Source: an uncultured Bdellovibrionales bacterium
GTDB lineage: Bacteria > Patescibacteriota > Minisyncoccia > Moranbacterales > UBA1568
Assembly (NCBI GenBank): GCA_964612055.1
Contig: CAZTBI010000002.1
Coordinates: 5,632-69,631, forward strand
DNA length: 64,000 nt
Reading direction: 5' to 3'
Shown piece by piece: positions 47,525-56,512 of the stretch. How positions within the stretch are numbered: position 1 is the first letter of the stretch; the number at the start of each line of letters is the position of its first letter. The notes below the pieces were generated by a model. The model saw only the letters and a program-made list of their open reading frames with translations. It did not search any database and was not told the origin of the DNA. The position numbers and the translations under genes are program-made.

Positions 47525-48250
47525 TCATGACTCGTAGCGCCCTCTTGGCCATGTCTTCACATAGCGCTTGCTTGCCATAAACGCGTAGAAGGGTCCGAAC
47601 AAAGCACCGAAGCAGACAGACCAGATGGCAAGATGCGTGACGACATCCCAGGTGCTGGCTGTCAGGCAGTACTGACAGAGCGTCTCTTTGAGAGCAACCG
47701 TGTTATTGATCGCCAGGAGGAATGTGCCCAGGAGAGAGAGGTAGAGAACAGGAGTGAACAACGCTCCCCAGAAGGCGTAGACATGAAGATCACGCTGGTA
47801 GTAGCAGAGAACCAGGGCTCCTGCTGCAAAACCCAGGCTAGTCGCCGTGAGTGAGTGCAGGCCACTGAGCCAAAACACCATGGTGGTGAAAAAAGTCACT
47901 CCTACCACCATGAGTCGATTGGTGAGTGGCTCCGTTTCCTTTCGGCTCTCGAGGTGATGAGTGCCCAACTGAGGAAGTAGCGTCACGATGCCGATGAATC
48001 CCGCTCCGAAAAGTACATCTTCGATCGTCAGATACACCGGACCGATGGCGACGCCGAAAACGCTGGGTGGGTTCCAGAAGTCCTTCCGGTAGAGCTGGGA
48101 GATAACGATACCTCCCACGCCACCACAGAAACTCATGACGTTGAGCTGACGCCGCCACTTGGGACGTCCAAATCCCAGAAAGAAGAAAATCAGGTACACC
48201 CAGACGGCAAAGGCCAGGTAGGCGAACTTCGGAGAAAGCGTGATCAACAT
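47525..48250 (-). CDS. hypothetical polytopic membrane protein (GC-rich patch)
   Basis: 241 aa, 7 or more hydrophobic segments; local GC about 55-60% vs about 45% elsewhere. Confidence 0.5.
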   Translation of the reverse strand: MLITLSPKFAYLAFAVWVYLIFFFLGFGRPKWRRQLNVMSFCGGVGGIVISQLYRKDFWNPPSVFGVAIGPVYLTIEDVLFGAGFIGIVTLLPQLGTHHLESRKETEPLTNRLMVVGVTFFTTMVFWLSGLHSLTATSLGFAAGALVLCYYQRDLHVYAFWGALFTPVLYLSLLGTFLLAINNTVALKETLCQYCLTASTWDVVTHLAIWSVCFGALFGPFYAFMASKRYVKTWPRGRYES

Positions 48251-48431
48251 GATCTACCTCCGTACCAGGTTGTTAAGGATGTCCTTGGTCTAACATAAAA
48301 AATACGAGGTGTCAATGATGTTCGAACTTTCTACTTCGGAAAAGTCTGATTGAAGTAATGAAAAAAGAGCTAGTCAGGCTCTTGAGTGTTTTGTGACCGT
48401 GGGCCGAGATGCTACTCGGTCCAGTGCGTTG

Positions 48432-48650
48432 CTACTTGCGTGTAACGTGGGGGTGATGTAGACGATACCAGAACCCACCGATGAAGATTGCCATGCCTAG
48501 GAGCATCAGCCAGAGCGTAATGTCTTGCCAGTGTTGGGCGACCGCACTTGGATCATGACGCAGATCCTCATACATGACACCGACGAAGACCATGAGCAGG
48601 ATGCCAATGACCGAAGTCCGCGCTCCCTTTTCAGTTCGATCCAGTTTCAT
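48432..48650 (-). CDS. hypothetical small membrane protein (GC-rich patch)
   Basis: Start at MKLDRTEKGARTSVIGILLMVFVGVMY; two TM helices; 73 aa. Confidence 0.35.
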   Translation of the reverse strand: MKLDRTEKGARTSVIGILLMVFVGVMYEDLRHDPSAVAQHWQDITLWLMLLGMAIFIGGFWYRLHHPHVTRK

Positions 48651-48688
48651 GAGAGACTCCTTTCGAGTCAGTTGAGTTGATGAGGTGA

Positions 48689-49045
48689 TCAGACTTCTTC
48701 GTACGACCCGCGAACGAGACGCACCCAGACACCACAAGTGATGTCCAGGTCGTAATCGGCCAGCACCGTACGGATGCCCTCGGCAATGACATGACGCCGA
48801 TCATCGATAGTGAACAGACGACCAGGGTACTCGTTGGCATCGATCAAGATGTCGCACGCATTGGCATTCACAGCAAAAGAGCAGAGCAACTGAGCGTCGA
48901 CCATGACGTGATGCGCGCTCAGATGAGCTTCCGGATCGTCCTCGACATGGAGCGCCGATGCGACGATTTCAGGAAGCTTTGTTGCCAAAGCCCTGACGAA
49001 AGAGTCAGGCAAGCTAGCCTGATAGCGAATAACAACCAGCGGCAT
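48689..49045 (-). CDS. hypothetical protein, tautomerase-like N-terminal Pro (MPLVVIRY...)
   Basis: 118 aa beginning Met-Pro-Leu-Val-Val-Ile-Arg as in the 4-OT/tautomerase superfamily; assignment tentative. Confidence 0.4.
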   Translation of the reverse strand: MPLVVIRYQASLPDSFVRALATKLPEIVASALHVEDDPEAHLSAHHVMVDAQLLCSFAVNANACDILIDANEYPGRLFTIDDRRHVIAEGIRTVLADYDLDITCGVWVRLVRGSYEEV

Positions 49046-49150
49046 GGCGCTCTCCTTGTTAAGTTGCTGTTGGTCCGAATTGGACTGAGTAGAATACTAT
49101 AATTTTACTTCCCTGTCCAGCCTTAGTTCGAACACTCGTCTTGGGTAATA

Positions 49151-49184
49151 AAAAACAAGGCTCTTCCGCCAACTGGCGGAGAGC
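49151..49184 (-). terminator. hairpin terminator downstream of minus-strand tRNA-Gly region
   Basis: GGCTCTTCCGCC(aact)GGCGGAGAGC with T-run on minus strand (AAAAAAC on plus at 49151-49157). Confidence 0.5.
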
Positions 49185-49196
49185 TTCATTTTTGAC

Positions 49197-49290
49197 TGAG
49201 CGGGTAAGGGGAGGATCGAACTACTCGCTACGCTCCGTTCTATAGGGCTTCCGCCCTCTAGTCCTCGAAGACTCGGTCACCCCAGACTGG
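49197..49290 (-). pseudogene. tRNA-like fragment: duplicate of the tRNA-Gly 3' end with degenerate body
   Basis: 17-nt TGAGCGGGTAAGGGGAG (49197-49213) identical to the 3' end of tRNA-Gly (49383-49399); T-loop-like TTCGATC present but no canonical cloverleaf. Confidence 0.3.
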
Positions 49291-49384
49291 AAAACAGGTG
49301 TTTTCCCGACCCCTTTCCCGTTCGACTCCCCTTTGCCCGATAAAACTAAAAATCACCCCTGATGGAGTGATTTTTAGCTTAGTG

Positions 49385-49456
49385 AGCGGGTAAGGGGAGT
49401 CGAACCCCTATCTCGACCTTGGCAAGGTCGCATAATAGCCGCTATACGATACCCGC
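49385..49456 (-). tRNA. tRNA-Gly (anticodon GCC)
   Basis: Reverse complement: acceptor GCGGGTA/TACCCGC, anticodon stem CGACC/GGTCG with loop TTGCCAA, T-loop TTCGACT, discriminator U; 72 nt. Confidence 0.85.
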
Positions 49457-49530
49457 TTGTGAAAGCCTATCTATCCTAGCGGAAGACCCTTTCGTATGTC
49501 AACTCGAGGGATTTCCAGTATAATGAGGAA

Positions 49531-50160
49531 ATGTCACAAAAGAACCATCAAATACGTCTTTCAAGTATGGGCGAGGAGAGCAATATACAACGTGCACCCG
49601 TGGTAAGTCTTATGGAACTTGCCAAAAAGGGGGATCGGCAGGCTTTTGGTGAGCTCTACCAGCTGTACCTCACACCCGTTTTTCGCTACCTATTCTCCCA
49701 GACCAAGAACCGTGAGACGGCCGAGGATCTTTCCCAAACCGTTTTCATCAAAGCTCTGAAACACCTAGAACAAAGCCCTCCGAAAGCATCCGGGGGATCG
49801 GAGCTCGCCTACTTCTTTGCCATCGCCAAAACAACCTTGATTGATTTCTGGAGAAAGAAGAAGGAGGTAGCCATACTCGATGAACAATCTGAGGCCATGC
49901 GCACCTTAACTGACGAACGTGCCGGAGCTCTTGAGAATCTGACAGAGCAAGAACACCAGTTGCTCATAGAGAAAGGACTTGCTATTTTAAACGATAAGGA
50001 ACGCGAAGTGCTGATACTGCGATTCTTAAATGATTACTCCCATCGCGAGATTGCTACGCTCTTGGGAAAAAATGAAGCCGCTATCAGACAGCTCCAGTGT
50101 CGCGGTCTGAAAACACTCCGAAAATATTTCTCCTCCCGTTACCCTTCGAAAACTCTATGA
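49531..50160 (+). CDS. ECF (sigma-24/sigma-E-like) RNA polymerase sigma factor
   Basis: Region 2 FGELYQLYLTPVFRYLFSQTKNRETAEDLSQTVFIKALK; region 4 EREVLILRFLNDYSHREIATLLGKNEAAIRQLQCRGLKTLR. Confidence 0.85.
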   Translation: MSQKNHQIRLSSMGEESNIQRAPVVSLMELAKKGDRQAFGELYQLYLTPVFRYLFSQTKNRETAEDLSQTVFIKALKHLEQSPPKASGGSELAYFFAIAKTTLIDFWRKKKEVAILDEQSEAMRTLTDERAGALENLTEQEHQLLIEKGLAILNDKEREVLILRFLNDYSHREIATLLGKNEAAIRQLQCRGLKTLRKYFSSRYPSKTL

Positions 50161-50822
50161 ACCAAGACTGGAAAAAATTTACAGGAAGCGTCGCGCACGA
50201 ACTGCGTGATGAACATCTTTCTCCCAAAGAACGCGCCGAGCTCGTGAGTGTCGCGGCTATGCTTGCCGTCACAAAAGAAAAAGCATTACCAAGTGAAGCG
50301 CTCCTCACACGCATCCTCAAAGAAGCATCTGTCACAACTGCGTCAACTGGTCGTTCTCCATATACGAACAAAAAGAAATATCGGTTTTCTCTTTCATCCC
50401 TTCTCGTTCTTTTCGAAAATTTCTTCTCCCAAAAGAAATGGCTCCTCGCCTCAGGCGCAGCTGCCATGCTCATTCTCGTCGTAACTCTTTCTTTTTCCGC
50501 TTCGGAAAAAACATTCATCGCCGAACGATCGTGGCTTCCAAAATTAGAAAACTCTACCCTCGCTGAAAATGTCACCGCTCTCGTCACTACCGGTTCTTTC
50601 TCAGGAACAGTACGTAAAAATACTGACAGTGAAAAAGTGGCTCTCTCAAAAATCTCCCCTCAACAAAACGAAGATACTGAAGAAAAAAATCTCGATACAC
50701 TCTTGGCATTCACTCAAGAAAGTGAAGTATCAGCACTGACGTTTGACGAAGATACGGCCTTCCAAAGCATGGATCAAGATGTAAACTCCTTAAGCCAACT
50801 CTATGATGAAAATGGTTTCTAA
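50157..50822 (+). CDS. putative anti-sigma factor (single-pass membrane protein)
   Basis: ATGA start/stop overlap with sigma gene; cytoplasmic N-terminus, central TM WLLASGAAAMLILVVTLSFSA, extracytoplasmic C-terminus. Confidence 0.5.
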   Translation: MNQDWKKFTGSVAHELRDEHLSPKERAELVSVAAMLAVTKEKALPSEALLTRILKEASVTTASTGRSPYTNKKKYRFSLSSLLVLFENFFSQKKWLLASGAAAMLILVVTLSFSASEKTFIAERSWLPKLENSTLAENVTALVTTGSFSGTVRKNTDSEKVALSKISPQQNEDTEEKNLDTLLAFTQESEVSALTFDEDTAFQSMDQDVNSLSQLYDENGF

Positions 50823-51570
50823 AAAACAATATCGAAAAATTCTTTCGGTTATTGTTCTCACCGGATCGTTTCTCGTACCGTCGTTCAATGTCCTGGCCGC
50901 GACAGAGGTCGAGCTACGAACAAAAAACCTTTTCTGCAATAACATAGATACCATCAAAAGTCGCTTTGATCAAAGTGCAGAAAACGTCTACCAAAACCTG
51001 AAAGAGCGTCGCGATAATCGACTCGAAAGTTTGACAGAGTACCGCACGAAACGTGACACCGAACTTACTTCTGATCGTACGAAGCGCGATCAGGATCGAG
51101 AGAGTGGTTACCAAAAACTTGAAGGGTTAGCTGATACCGACGAAGAAAAAACAGCTGTCACAATATTTGAATCAACTATGGACCAAGCGGTGTCGACACA
51201 TCGCGATACTATCGATGTCGCTATCAAGACTTCACGCGATGGACTCGACAAAGCCATCACCAATCATACCAGTGGCGTAGAAAAAGCAGCTTTAGATTTT
51301 CGGAATAAAACCAATGCCGCTTTTGAACAAGCAGAAAATGACTGCACAAAAAATGTCAGTCTCGATACTATTCGTCAACATCTGAAAACTGTCTTGGCAG
51401 AAGCCCGAAAAACATTTACCGCTGCTGTCCAAGAAGTCGCAACGTTCCGTGCTATCCAAAAAGATCTGAGAGATACTCGAAGTACGGCTCTGAAAAGTGC
51501 TGGTGAAACTTTCGAGAAAACAGCGGCCCAAGCTCGCGCTGATCTGAAAAAGGCTTTTGGTGAAAACTAA
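50812..51570 (+). CDS. hypothetical secreted alpha-helical protein (signal peptide), third gene of the ECF operon
   Basis: Signal peptide ILSVIVLTGSFLVPSFNVLAA; charged, helical low-complexity remainder. Confidence 0.5.
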   Translation: MVSKKQYRKILSVIVLTGSFLVPSFNVLAATEVELRTKNLFCNNIDTIKSRFDQSAENVYQNLKERRDNRLESLTEYRTKRDTELTSDRTKRDQDRESGYQKLEGLADTDEEKTAVTIFESTMDQAVSTHRDTIDVAIKTSRDGLDKAITNHTSGVEKAALDFRNKTNAAFEQAENDCTKNVSLDTIRQHLKTVLAEARKTFTAAVQEVATFRAIQKDLRDTRSTALKSAGETFEKTAAQARADLKKAFGEN

Positions 51571-51579
51571 CTCCCTTCA

Positions 51580-51612
51580 AAGAAAAACCGCCCCGAAAAG
51601 GGCGGTTTTTTA
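51580..51612 (+). terminator. rho-independent terminator
   Basis: AAACCGCCC(cgaaaa)GGGCGGTTTTTTAT. Confidence 0.65.
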
Positions 51613-51614
51613 TG

Positions 51615-51686
51615 TGGGACTGGATGGGATCGAACCATCGACCAAGCGGTTATGAGCCGCGCGCTCTACCACTGAGCTACAGTCCC
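51615..51686 (-). tRNA. tRNA-Met (anticodon CAT; elongator or Ile2/lysidine-type, not initiator-like)
   Basis: Reverse complement: acceptor GGGACTG/CAGTCCC, anticodon loop CTCATAA, stem CGCGG/CCGCT lacks the initiator 3xGC signature; 72 nt. Confidence 0.8.
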
Positions 51687-51709
51687 GCTCGTGCTCATTG
51701 AACGTGTTT

Positions 51710-51781
<72 letters not shown>

Positions 51782-52015
51782 GGCATCTTATACCCAGAAG
51801 ATACTGTGTACAACCAGGGGATAACTAACTCTTTTCCTTTATTCAAGCCTCTTGTGCGCACTTTGGGACTCGGTCACGGATATTTTTCCTGCAGGAAAAA
51901 TTCCTCGACCCCGCCTCGCGGTCCATCCACTGATGGACAACGCTCCGGCTTTCTCGACCCTTCATAAGCCAAGCAGTTGGCTTATTCAGCCTCACAGGCT
52001 CACTACGTTCCCCTG

Positions 52016-52089
52016 TGCGTGCTGAGGGACTCGAACCCCCGACCCTCTCGGTGTAAACGAGATGCTCTAACCAACTGAGCTAAGCACGC
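52016..52089 (-). tRNA. tRNA-Val (anticodon TAC)
   Basis: Reverse complement: acceptor GCGTGCT/AGCACGC, anticodon stem TCTCG/CGAGA with loop TTTACAC, T-loop TTCGAGT; 74 nt. Confidence 0.85.
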
Positions 52090-52126
52090 CCATTTTGAGC
52101 GCTCATCGCTCATTTCATTCACTCTG

Positions 52127-52210
52127 TGCCCAAGAGAGGACTCGAACCTCCAATCCCTTGCGGGAACTAGCACCTCAAGCTAGCGCGTATACCAATTCCG
52201 CCACCTGGGC
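52127..52210 (-). tRNA. tRNA-Leu (anticodon GAG), type II
   Basis: Reverse complement: acceptor GCCCAGG/CTTGGGC, anticodon stem CTAGC/GCTAG with loop TTGAGGT, long variable arm, T-loop TTCGAGT; 84 nt. Confidence 0.8.
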
Positions 52211-52332
52211 ATGTGTCTCCTCTTCTTCCATCCCAATTCCGACTATCTAGGCAAATGCCTTATTCTATTTCGCACCCATACACTGTACCAATTCTTCGTC
52301 CCTCATGCAACAGGTAAAGAAAGAGGCCTTCT

Positions 52333-52785
52333 TTAGGCCTCTTTTTCTTCGCTTGCTACTGGAGCAACTTCTGCCTGAGGAGCCGCAGGAGCTACCTCTT
52401 CGGCTTTTGGTACCAGTCTTGCCTTGACTGCGACTTCTTTTAATTTCTTCGAAAGTACCTTGGCTGACTTGTCACGCACGAAATAGAGCTTGGCACGTCT
52501 GGCCGTGGTACGCTTCACGAACTCAATCTTCTGAATCTGATCAGAGGAGAGGGGGAGAATGAGCTCGACACCAATACCATCAGAAACCTTACGAACGGTA
52601 AGTGTGCGAGAAGCGCTCTGACCACCTTTTATAGCAATAACAGTACCCTGAAACATCTGGGTGCGCTCCTTGGAGCCTTCTTTGATCTTGCGGTATATCT
52701 TAATCACGTCTCCGGCGCGCAGTTCTGGCAAAAGAGAAAAAGCTTTTCTTTGCTTAAGATTAAAGGAAATGAGGCTCTGGTGCAT
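52333..52785 (-). CDS. rplS: 50S ribosomal protein L19 with Lys/Ala-rich C-terminal extension
   Basis: GDVIKIYRKIKEGSKERTQMFQGTVIAIKGGQSASRTLTVRKVSDGIGVELILPLSS...AKLYFVRDKSAK; start at MHQSLISFN. Confidence 0.8.
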   Translation of the reverse strand: MHQSLISFNLKQRKAFSLLPELRAGDVIKIYRKIKEGSKERTQMFQGTVIAIKGGQSASRTLTVRKVSDGIGVELILPLSSDQIQKIEFVKRTTARRAKLYFVRDKSAKVLSKKLKEVAVKARLVPKAEEVAPAAPQAEVAPVASEEKEA

Positions 52786-52858
52786 AAACGTTTCGTTAAA
52801 ATCGGATGTCTCAGACAAGCCGTTTGAGTAATTCAAAAAGGGAATACGAGAGAATACC

Positions 52859-53899
52859 CTAAAAAAGGCTTTTCAAGGCCTCATCATCATAGCTTGCTAT
52901 CGCGGTTTCGTCAATACTCTGAAGTACTGCTTGAAAATCTCCCGGGAGCGGTGATGAAAAATGGTATTTCTTGTCAAAAAGTGTCAAAGAAAGACGGGTG
53001 GCATGAAGCATATGACGGGGAGCAGAAATCCTGTTTTCACCCTTTGCCTCTTTGAAAGCATATAGCTTGTCTCCTACGACCGGATGACCCAAAAAAGAGA
53101 GGTGGACACGAATCTGATGTGTGCGACCGGTCTTTGGCGTTACCAAAAGAAGATCATACCCCTCGAAACGCTGTATGACCCGATACGCAGTAAAGGCGCT
53201 GCGAAGCGTCCCGGGAAGAGTTCCTTTGTACGTTTCCGGATCGATAGCCTGGCGCTTCAGCTCTCCTGATCTTCGTATGAGAGGGGCGCTCACTTCACCC
53301 TGGAGAGCCGGCAAATGACCGGGGACCAAGGCGACATAGGTCTTTTCCACTGCCCGCTCCTGAAAGGCCTTTTTGAGAGCCTCAAAGCTTTTTGTCTCCT
53401 TGGCAATAATAAGTATTCCGGAAGTATCACGATCCAAACGGTGAACGATACCAGGCCGGAGCGGATCCTCTCCTACTTTGGAAAGATTCGGATAATGAGC
53501 CAAAATCCAGTCGACGACTGTAGCTCGTCCGAAAGATCCTCCTTGGTGCACTTGTATCCCGGGACCCTTGTCCACTACCAGTATATGTTCATCTTCAAAG
53601 AGCACTCGGAGTATCGGCAGTGCTCCTTTCTCCTCTTGAGACTGAACACTTCCCATGAGTGTCGCTGGATTGATAGAGAAGAGGTCGTGCGTTACTACCA
53701 GTGTCCGCGGCAAGGCCGGAACACTGTTTAAAAGTACCCTTCCTTCTTTGATGGCACGAGCGGCAAACGCACGTGAAAAGACCTTTTCTTCTGAGTAGCG
53801 CTCCTGAAGCAGCGTCGCCAAGGCACTATCAAAACGCTTGTCATGGAGATGACGAGGAACTTCCAATACAAATGGTGCTTCCTTTGAAGAAAAAGTCAT
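52859..53899 (-). CDS. rluD: RluA-family 23S rRNA pseudouridine synthase (RluD-like) with N-terminal S4 domain
   Basis: HRLDRDTSGILIIAKETKSFEALKKAF catalytic Asp motif; VHRLD; 346 aa. Confidence 0.85.
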   Translation of the reverse strand: MTFSSKEAPFVLEVPRHLHDKRFDSALATLLQERYSEEKVFSRAFAARAIKEGRVLLNSVPALPRTLVVTHDLFSINPATLMGSVQSQEEKGALPILRVLFEDEHILVVDKGPGIQVHQGGSFGRATVVDWILAHYPNLSKVGEDPLRPGIVHRLDRDTSGILIIAKETKSFEALKKAFQERAVEKTYVALVPGHLPALQGEVSAPLIRRSGELKRQAIDPETYKGTLPGTLRSAFTAYRVIQRFEGYDLLLVTPKTGRTHQIRVHLSFLGHPVVGDKLYAFKEAKGENRISAPRHMLHATRLSLTLFDKKYHFSSPLPGDFQAVLQSIDETAIASYDDEALKSLF

Positions 53900-53977
53900 A
53901 CGTATTTCTTATGAACCTCTATCTGGCGAGCGTCTTTTCGGCTATACTATACAATATTATTGCTAAATACGTGTTTT

Positions 53978-54985
53978 ATGAAGATAGCGTTCTTTGAAGC
54001 CACTGATAAGGATATCGCTTATCTCGGAGAAAAGCTCTCCCAACACGAAGTCACCTTCTTCAAGGAGCCCCTGGATGCGAAAAATGCCTCCGAGGCAGCT
54101 TCTTTCGATATCATATCGGTCTTTATCTACTCGGCGGTGACATCGGTCGTATTAGAGAAGATGCCTCAAGTACGAGCCATCATGACACGTTCCACCGGAT
54201 TTGACCATATCGATCTCATTGCTTGCAACAAACGGGGCATTTCCGTCTCCAATGTGCCGTATTACGGCGAAAATACCGTCGCTGAGCATACCTTTGCTCT
54301 CATCCTAGCGCTTTCTCGAAACGTCCACAAATCCTATGCTCGCGGACTGAAAGGAGACTTTTCCATTGACGGCCTTATGGGCTTTGACTTGAAAGACAAG
54401 ACTTTGGGCGTTATCGGCACCGGTCACATCGGGCTGCACGTCATTCGCATTGCCAAAGGCTTTGGGATGCATGTACTCGCCTTTGATACCCAGAAAAACA
54501 CCTTCCTCTCTGAAGTCCTTCACTTCACCTACGCTTCTTTGGATGACATCTTAGCTCAAGCCGATATCGTCACGCTCCATGTTCCTTATAATGAGCATAC
54601 TCACCACCTCATAAACGAAGAAAACATTGGCAAGATGAAGAAGGGGGCGCTCCTCATCAATACCGCTCGTGGCGGTATCATCGAAAACAAAGCACTCATC
54701 AAAGCACTCGATCAGGGCATCCTTTCGGGTGTTGGACTTGATGTTCTTGAAGGGGAGGAACTCATCAAAGAAGAGAGTCAGTGTCTCCATATCGACTGCC
54801 AAACCGATACAAAACATCATGAGGAAGGAAAAGGCCTGCTCTCTCGTGACAATGTCGTCTTTACTCCCCATATCGGATTTTACAGCACCGAAGCCCTAGA
54901 GCGCATCCTCGATACTACCATCGAAAACATCGAACACTTCGTCTCTGGGAAGAAAAAAAATCAGATTCCCGGAAATCTCATCTAG
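53978..54985 (+). CDS. D-isomer-specific 2-hydroxyacid dehydrogenase (D-lactate dehydrogenase-like)
   Basis: NAD-binding GVIGTGHIGLHV, catalytic region RGGIIENKALIKAL, FTPHIGFYSTEA (His); start at MKIAFFEATD. Confidence 0.8.
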   Translation: MKIAFFEATDKDIAYLGEKLSQHEVTFFKEPLDAKNASEAASFDIISVFIYSAVTSVVLEKMPQVRAIMTRSTGFDHIDLIACNKRGISVSNVPYYGENTVAEHTFALILALSRNVHKSYARGLKGDFSIDGLMGFDLKDKTLGVIGTGHIGLHVIRIAKGFGMHVLAFDTQKNTFLSEVLHFTYASLDDILAQADIVTLHVPYNEHTHHLINEENIGKMKKGALLINTARGGIIENKALIKALDQGILSGVGLDVLEGEELIKEESQCLHIDCQTDTKHHEEGKGLLSRDNVVFTPHIGFYSTEALERILDTTIENIEHFVSGKKKNQIPGNLI

Positions 54986-55230
54986 AGATATTTCTCTTCC
55001 ACAAATTTTACGAAAAAATCCCTTGTTTCAGGGGATTTTTTATTACAACACGAAAACTTTCATTGTGTCTAAAAATGAGTTTATAACACTACATGTTGTT
55101 GAAAATATCTTTTTTACGGAAAATATGATCGAATTTTACCGCTTAAAAAGCGGCTATTTGACAGCCTATTTTTGACCGCCTATTATAGGTAAGCGACCGG
55201 GGTCGCTTTTAATCATCTTTACACAAAACT

Positions 55231-55869
55231 ATGTCCCAAGATGCCTGCTGCGGTGGTGGAGGCTGCCACGACGAAATGAGCGAAATGCCAGGATACTTTC
55301 CTATTATTGGAAAGCGTGTGCCGAACCTGGAATTTGATTATTTCCACAAAGAAGGGTTTCATCGTTCTCATTTTTCAGACTTCCATGGAAAATGGGTAGT
55401 AGTGTTTTTCTACCCAGCTGACTTTACCTTCATCTGCCCAACCGAACTAGAAGAAATGCAGAAAAATTACGCCAAGTTCCAGGAGCTCGGCGCTGAAGTA
55501 TTGTCCGTTTCGACTGATACCAAATTTACCCACAAAGCCTGGCACGATCATTCGCCGGCTATCAAGACTCTCGAATACCCGATGGTCGCTGATCCATCTG
55601 GTGAGATTTCTCGGACCTTTGGTGTCTATATAGATGAGGGGGAGGATAACGGACTCGCGCTCCGCGGTTCCTTTATTCTTGATCCAGACGGCGCCCTCCA
55701 AGCCTACGAAGTCCACGCCAATAATGTTGGACGCTCTGCTGATGAATTGCTCCGCAAGCTCGAAGCAGCTATCTTCGTCCGTGAACACGGTGGTGAAGTC
55801 TGTCCTGCCAACTGGAAGAAAGGCGGCAAGACGCTCAAGCCTGGCATCGACTTAGTCGGTAAGATCTAA
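55231..55869 (+). CDS. 2-Cys peroxiredoxin (AhpC/TSA family) with Cys/Gly-rich N-terminal extension
   Basis: Peroxidatic Cys in FYPADFTFICPTEL, resolving Cys in EVCPANWKKGG; N-terminal MSQDACCGGGGCHDEM. Confidence 0.85.
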   Translation: MSQDACCGGGGCHDEMSEMPGYFPIIGKRVPNLEFDYFHKEGFHRSHFSDFHGKWVVVFFYPADFTFICPTELEEMQKNYAKFQELGAEVLSVSTDTKFTHKAWHDHSPAIKTLEYPMVADPSGEISRTFGVYIDEGEDNGLALRGSFILDPDGALQAYEVHANNVGRSADELLRKLEAAIFVREHGGEVCPANWKKGGKTLKPGIDLVGKI

Positions 55870-55887
55870 ACAAAAAAACAAAACGCT

Positions 55888-56463
55888 ATGTCCGATATCT
55901 ACACCGCCAAAGACTGGAAGCACCTCCTCGGCCTTCCGGGATTCAGCGACACGATGCTCACCAATCACTTCACTCTCTACGAAGGTTATGTGAAGAACAC
56001 GAATCTCCTGATGGAGAAACTGGATGCTCTCGAGGCTGGTACACCGGAATACTATGAACTGAAGCGAAGGCTCGGCTGGGAATTTGGCGGCATGAGGATG
56101 CACGAACTCTACTTCGGGAACATGACCAAAGAAACCTCTTCTCTCAATGAAGAGTCAGCTCTTGGAAAAAAGATTCTTGCTACCTGGGGAAGCTTTGCAG
56201 CCTGGAAGGAAAGCTTCATGAAGCTCGGTACCATAAGAGGTATTGGCTGGGTCGTTCTCCTACAAGACAATGAATCAAAAGAACTCTTCCACACCTGGGT
56301 TGGTGATCACCATGAAGGTCACATCCTGAACACTACGCCAATCCTCGTTCTTGATTGCTGGGAACACGCTTATATCACTGACTACGGTATCAAACGAGCC
56401 GACTACATCGCAGCCTTCACCCAAGTCATCGACTGGCAAGCGGCAGAAAAGAGATTTGGTTAA
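55888..56463 (+). CDS. Fe/Mn superoxide dismutase-like protein
   Basis: C-terminal LDCWEHAYITDY matches the D-x-W-E-H-A-Y metal-binding signature; N-terminal NHFTLYEGYVKNTN resembles the HHxKHHxxYV region; 191 aa. Confidence 0.6.
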   Translation: MSDIYTAKDWKHLLGLPGFSDTMLTNHFTLYEGYVKNTNLLMEKLDALEAGTPEYYELKRRLGWEFGGMRMHELYFGNMTKETSSLNEESALGKKILATWGSFAAWKESFMKLGTIRGIGWVVLLQDNESKELFHTWVGDHHEGHILNTTPILVLDCWEHAYITDYGIKRADYIAAFTQVIDWQAAEKRFG

Positions 56464-56512
56464 TATCTCCGTCCGTCCCTTTCCCTCCTTCAAGAACCTA
56501 AAATAAAACGCT

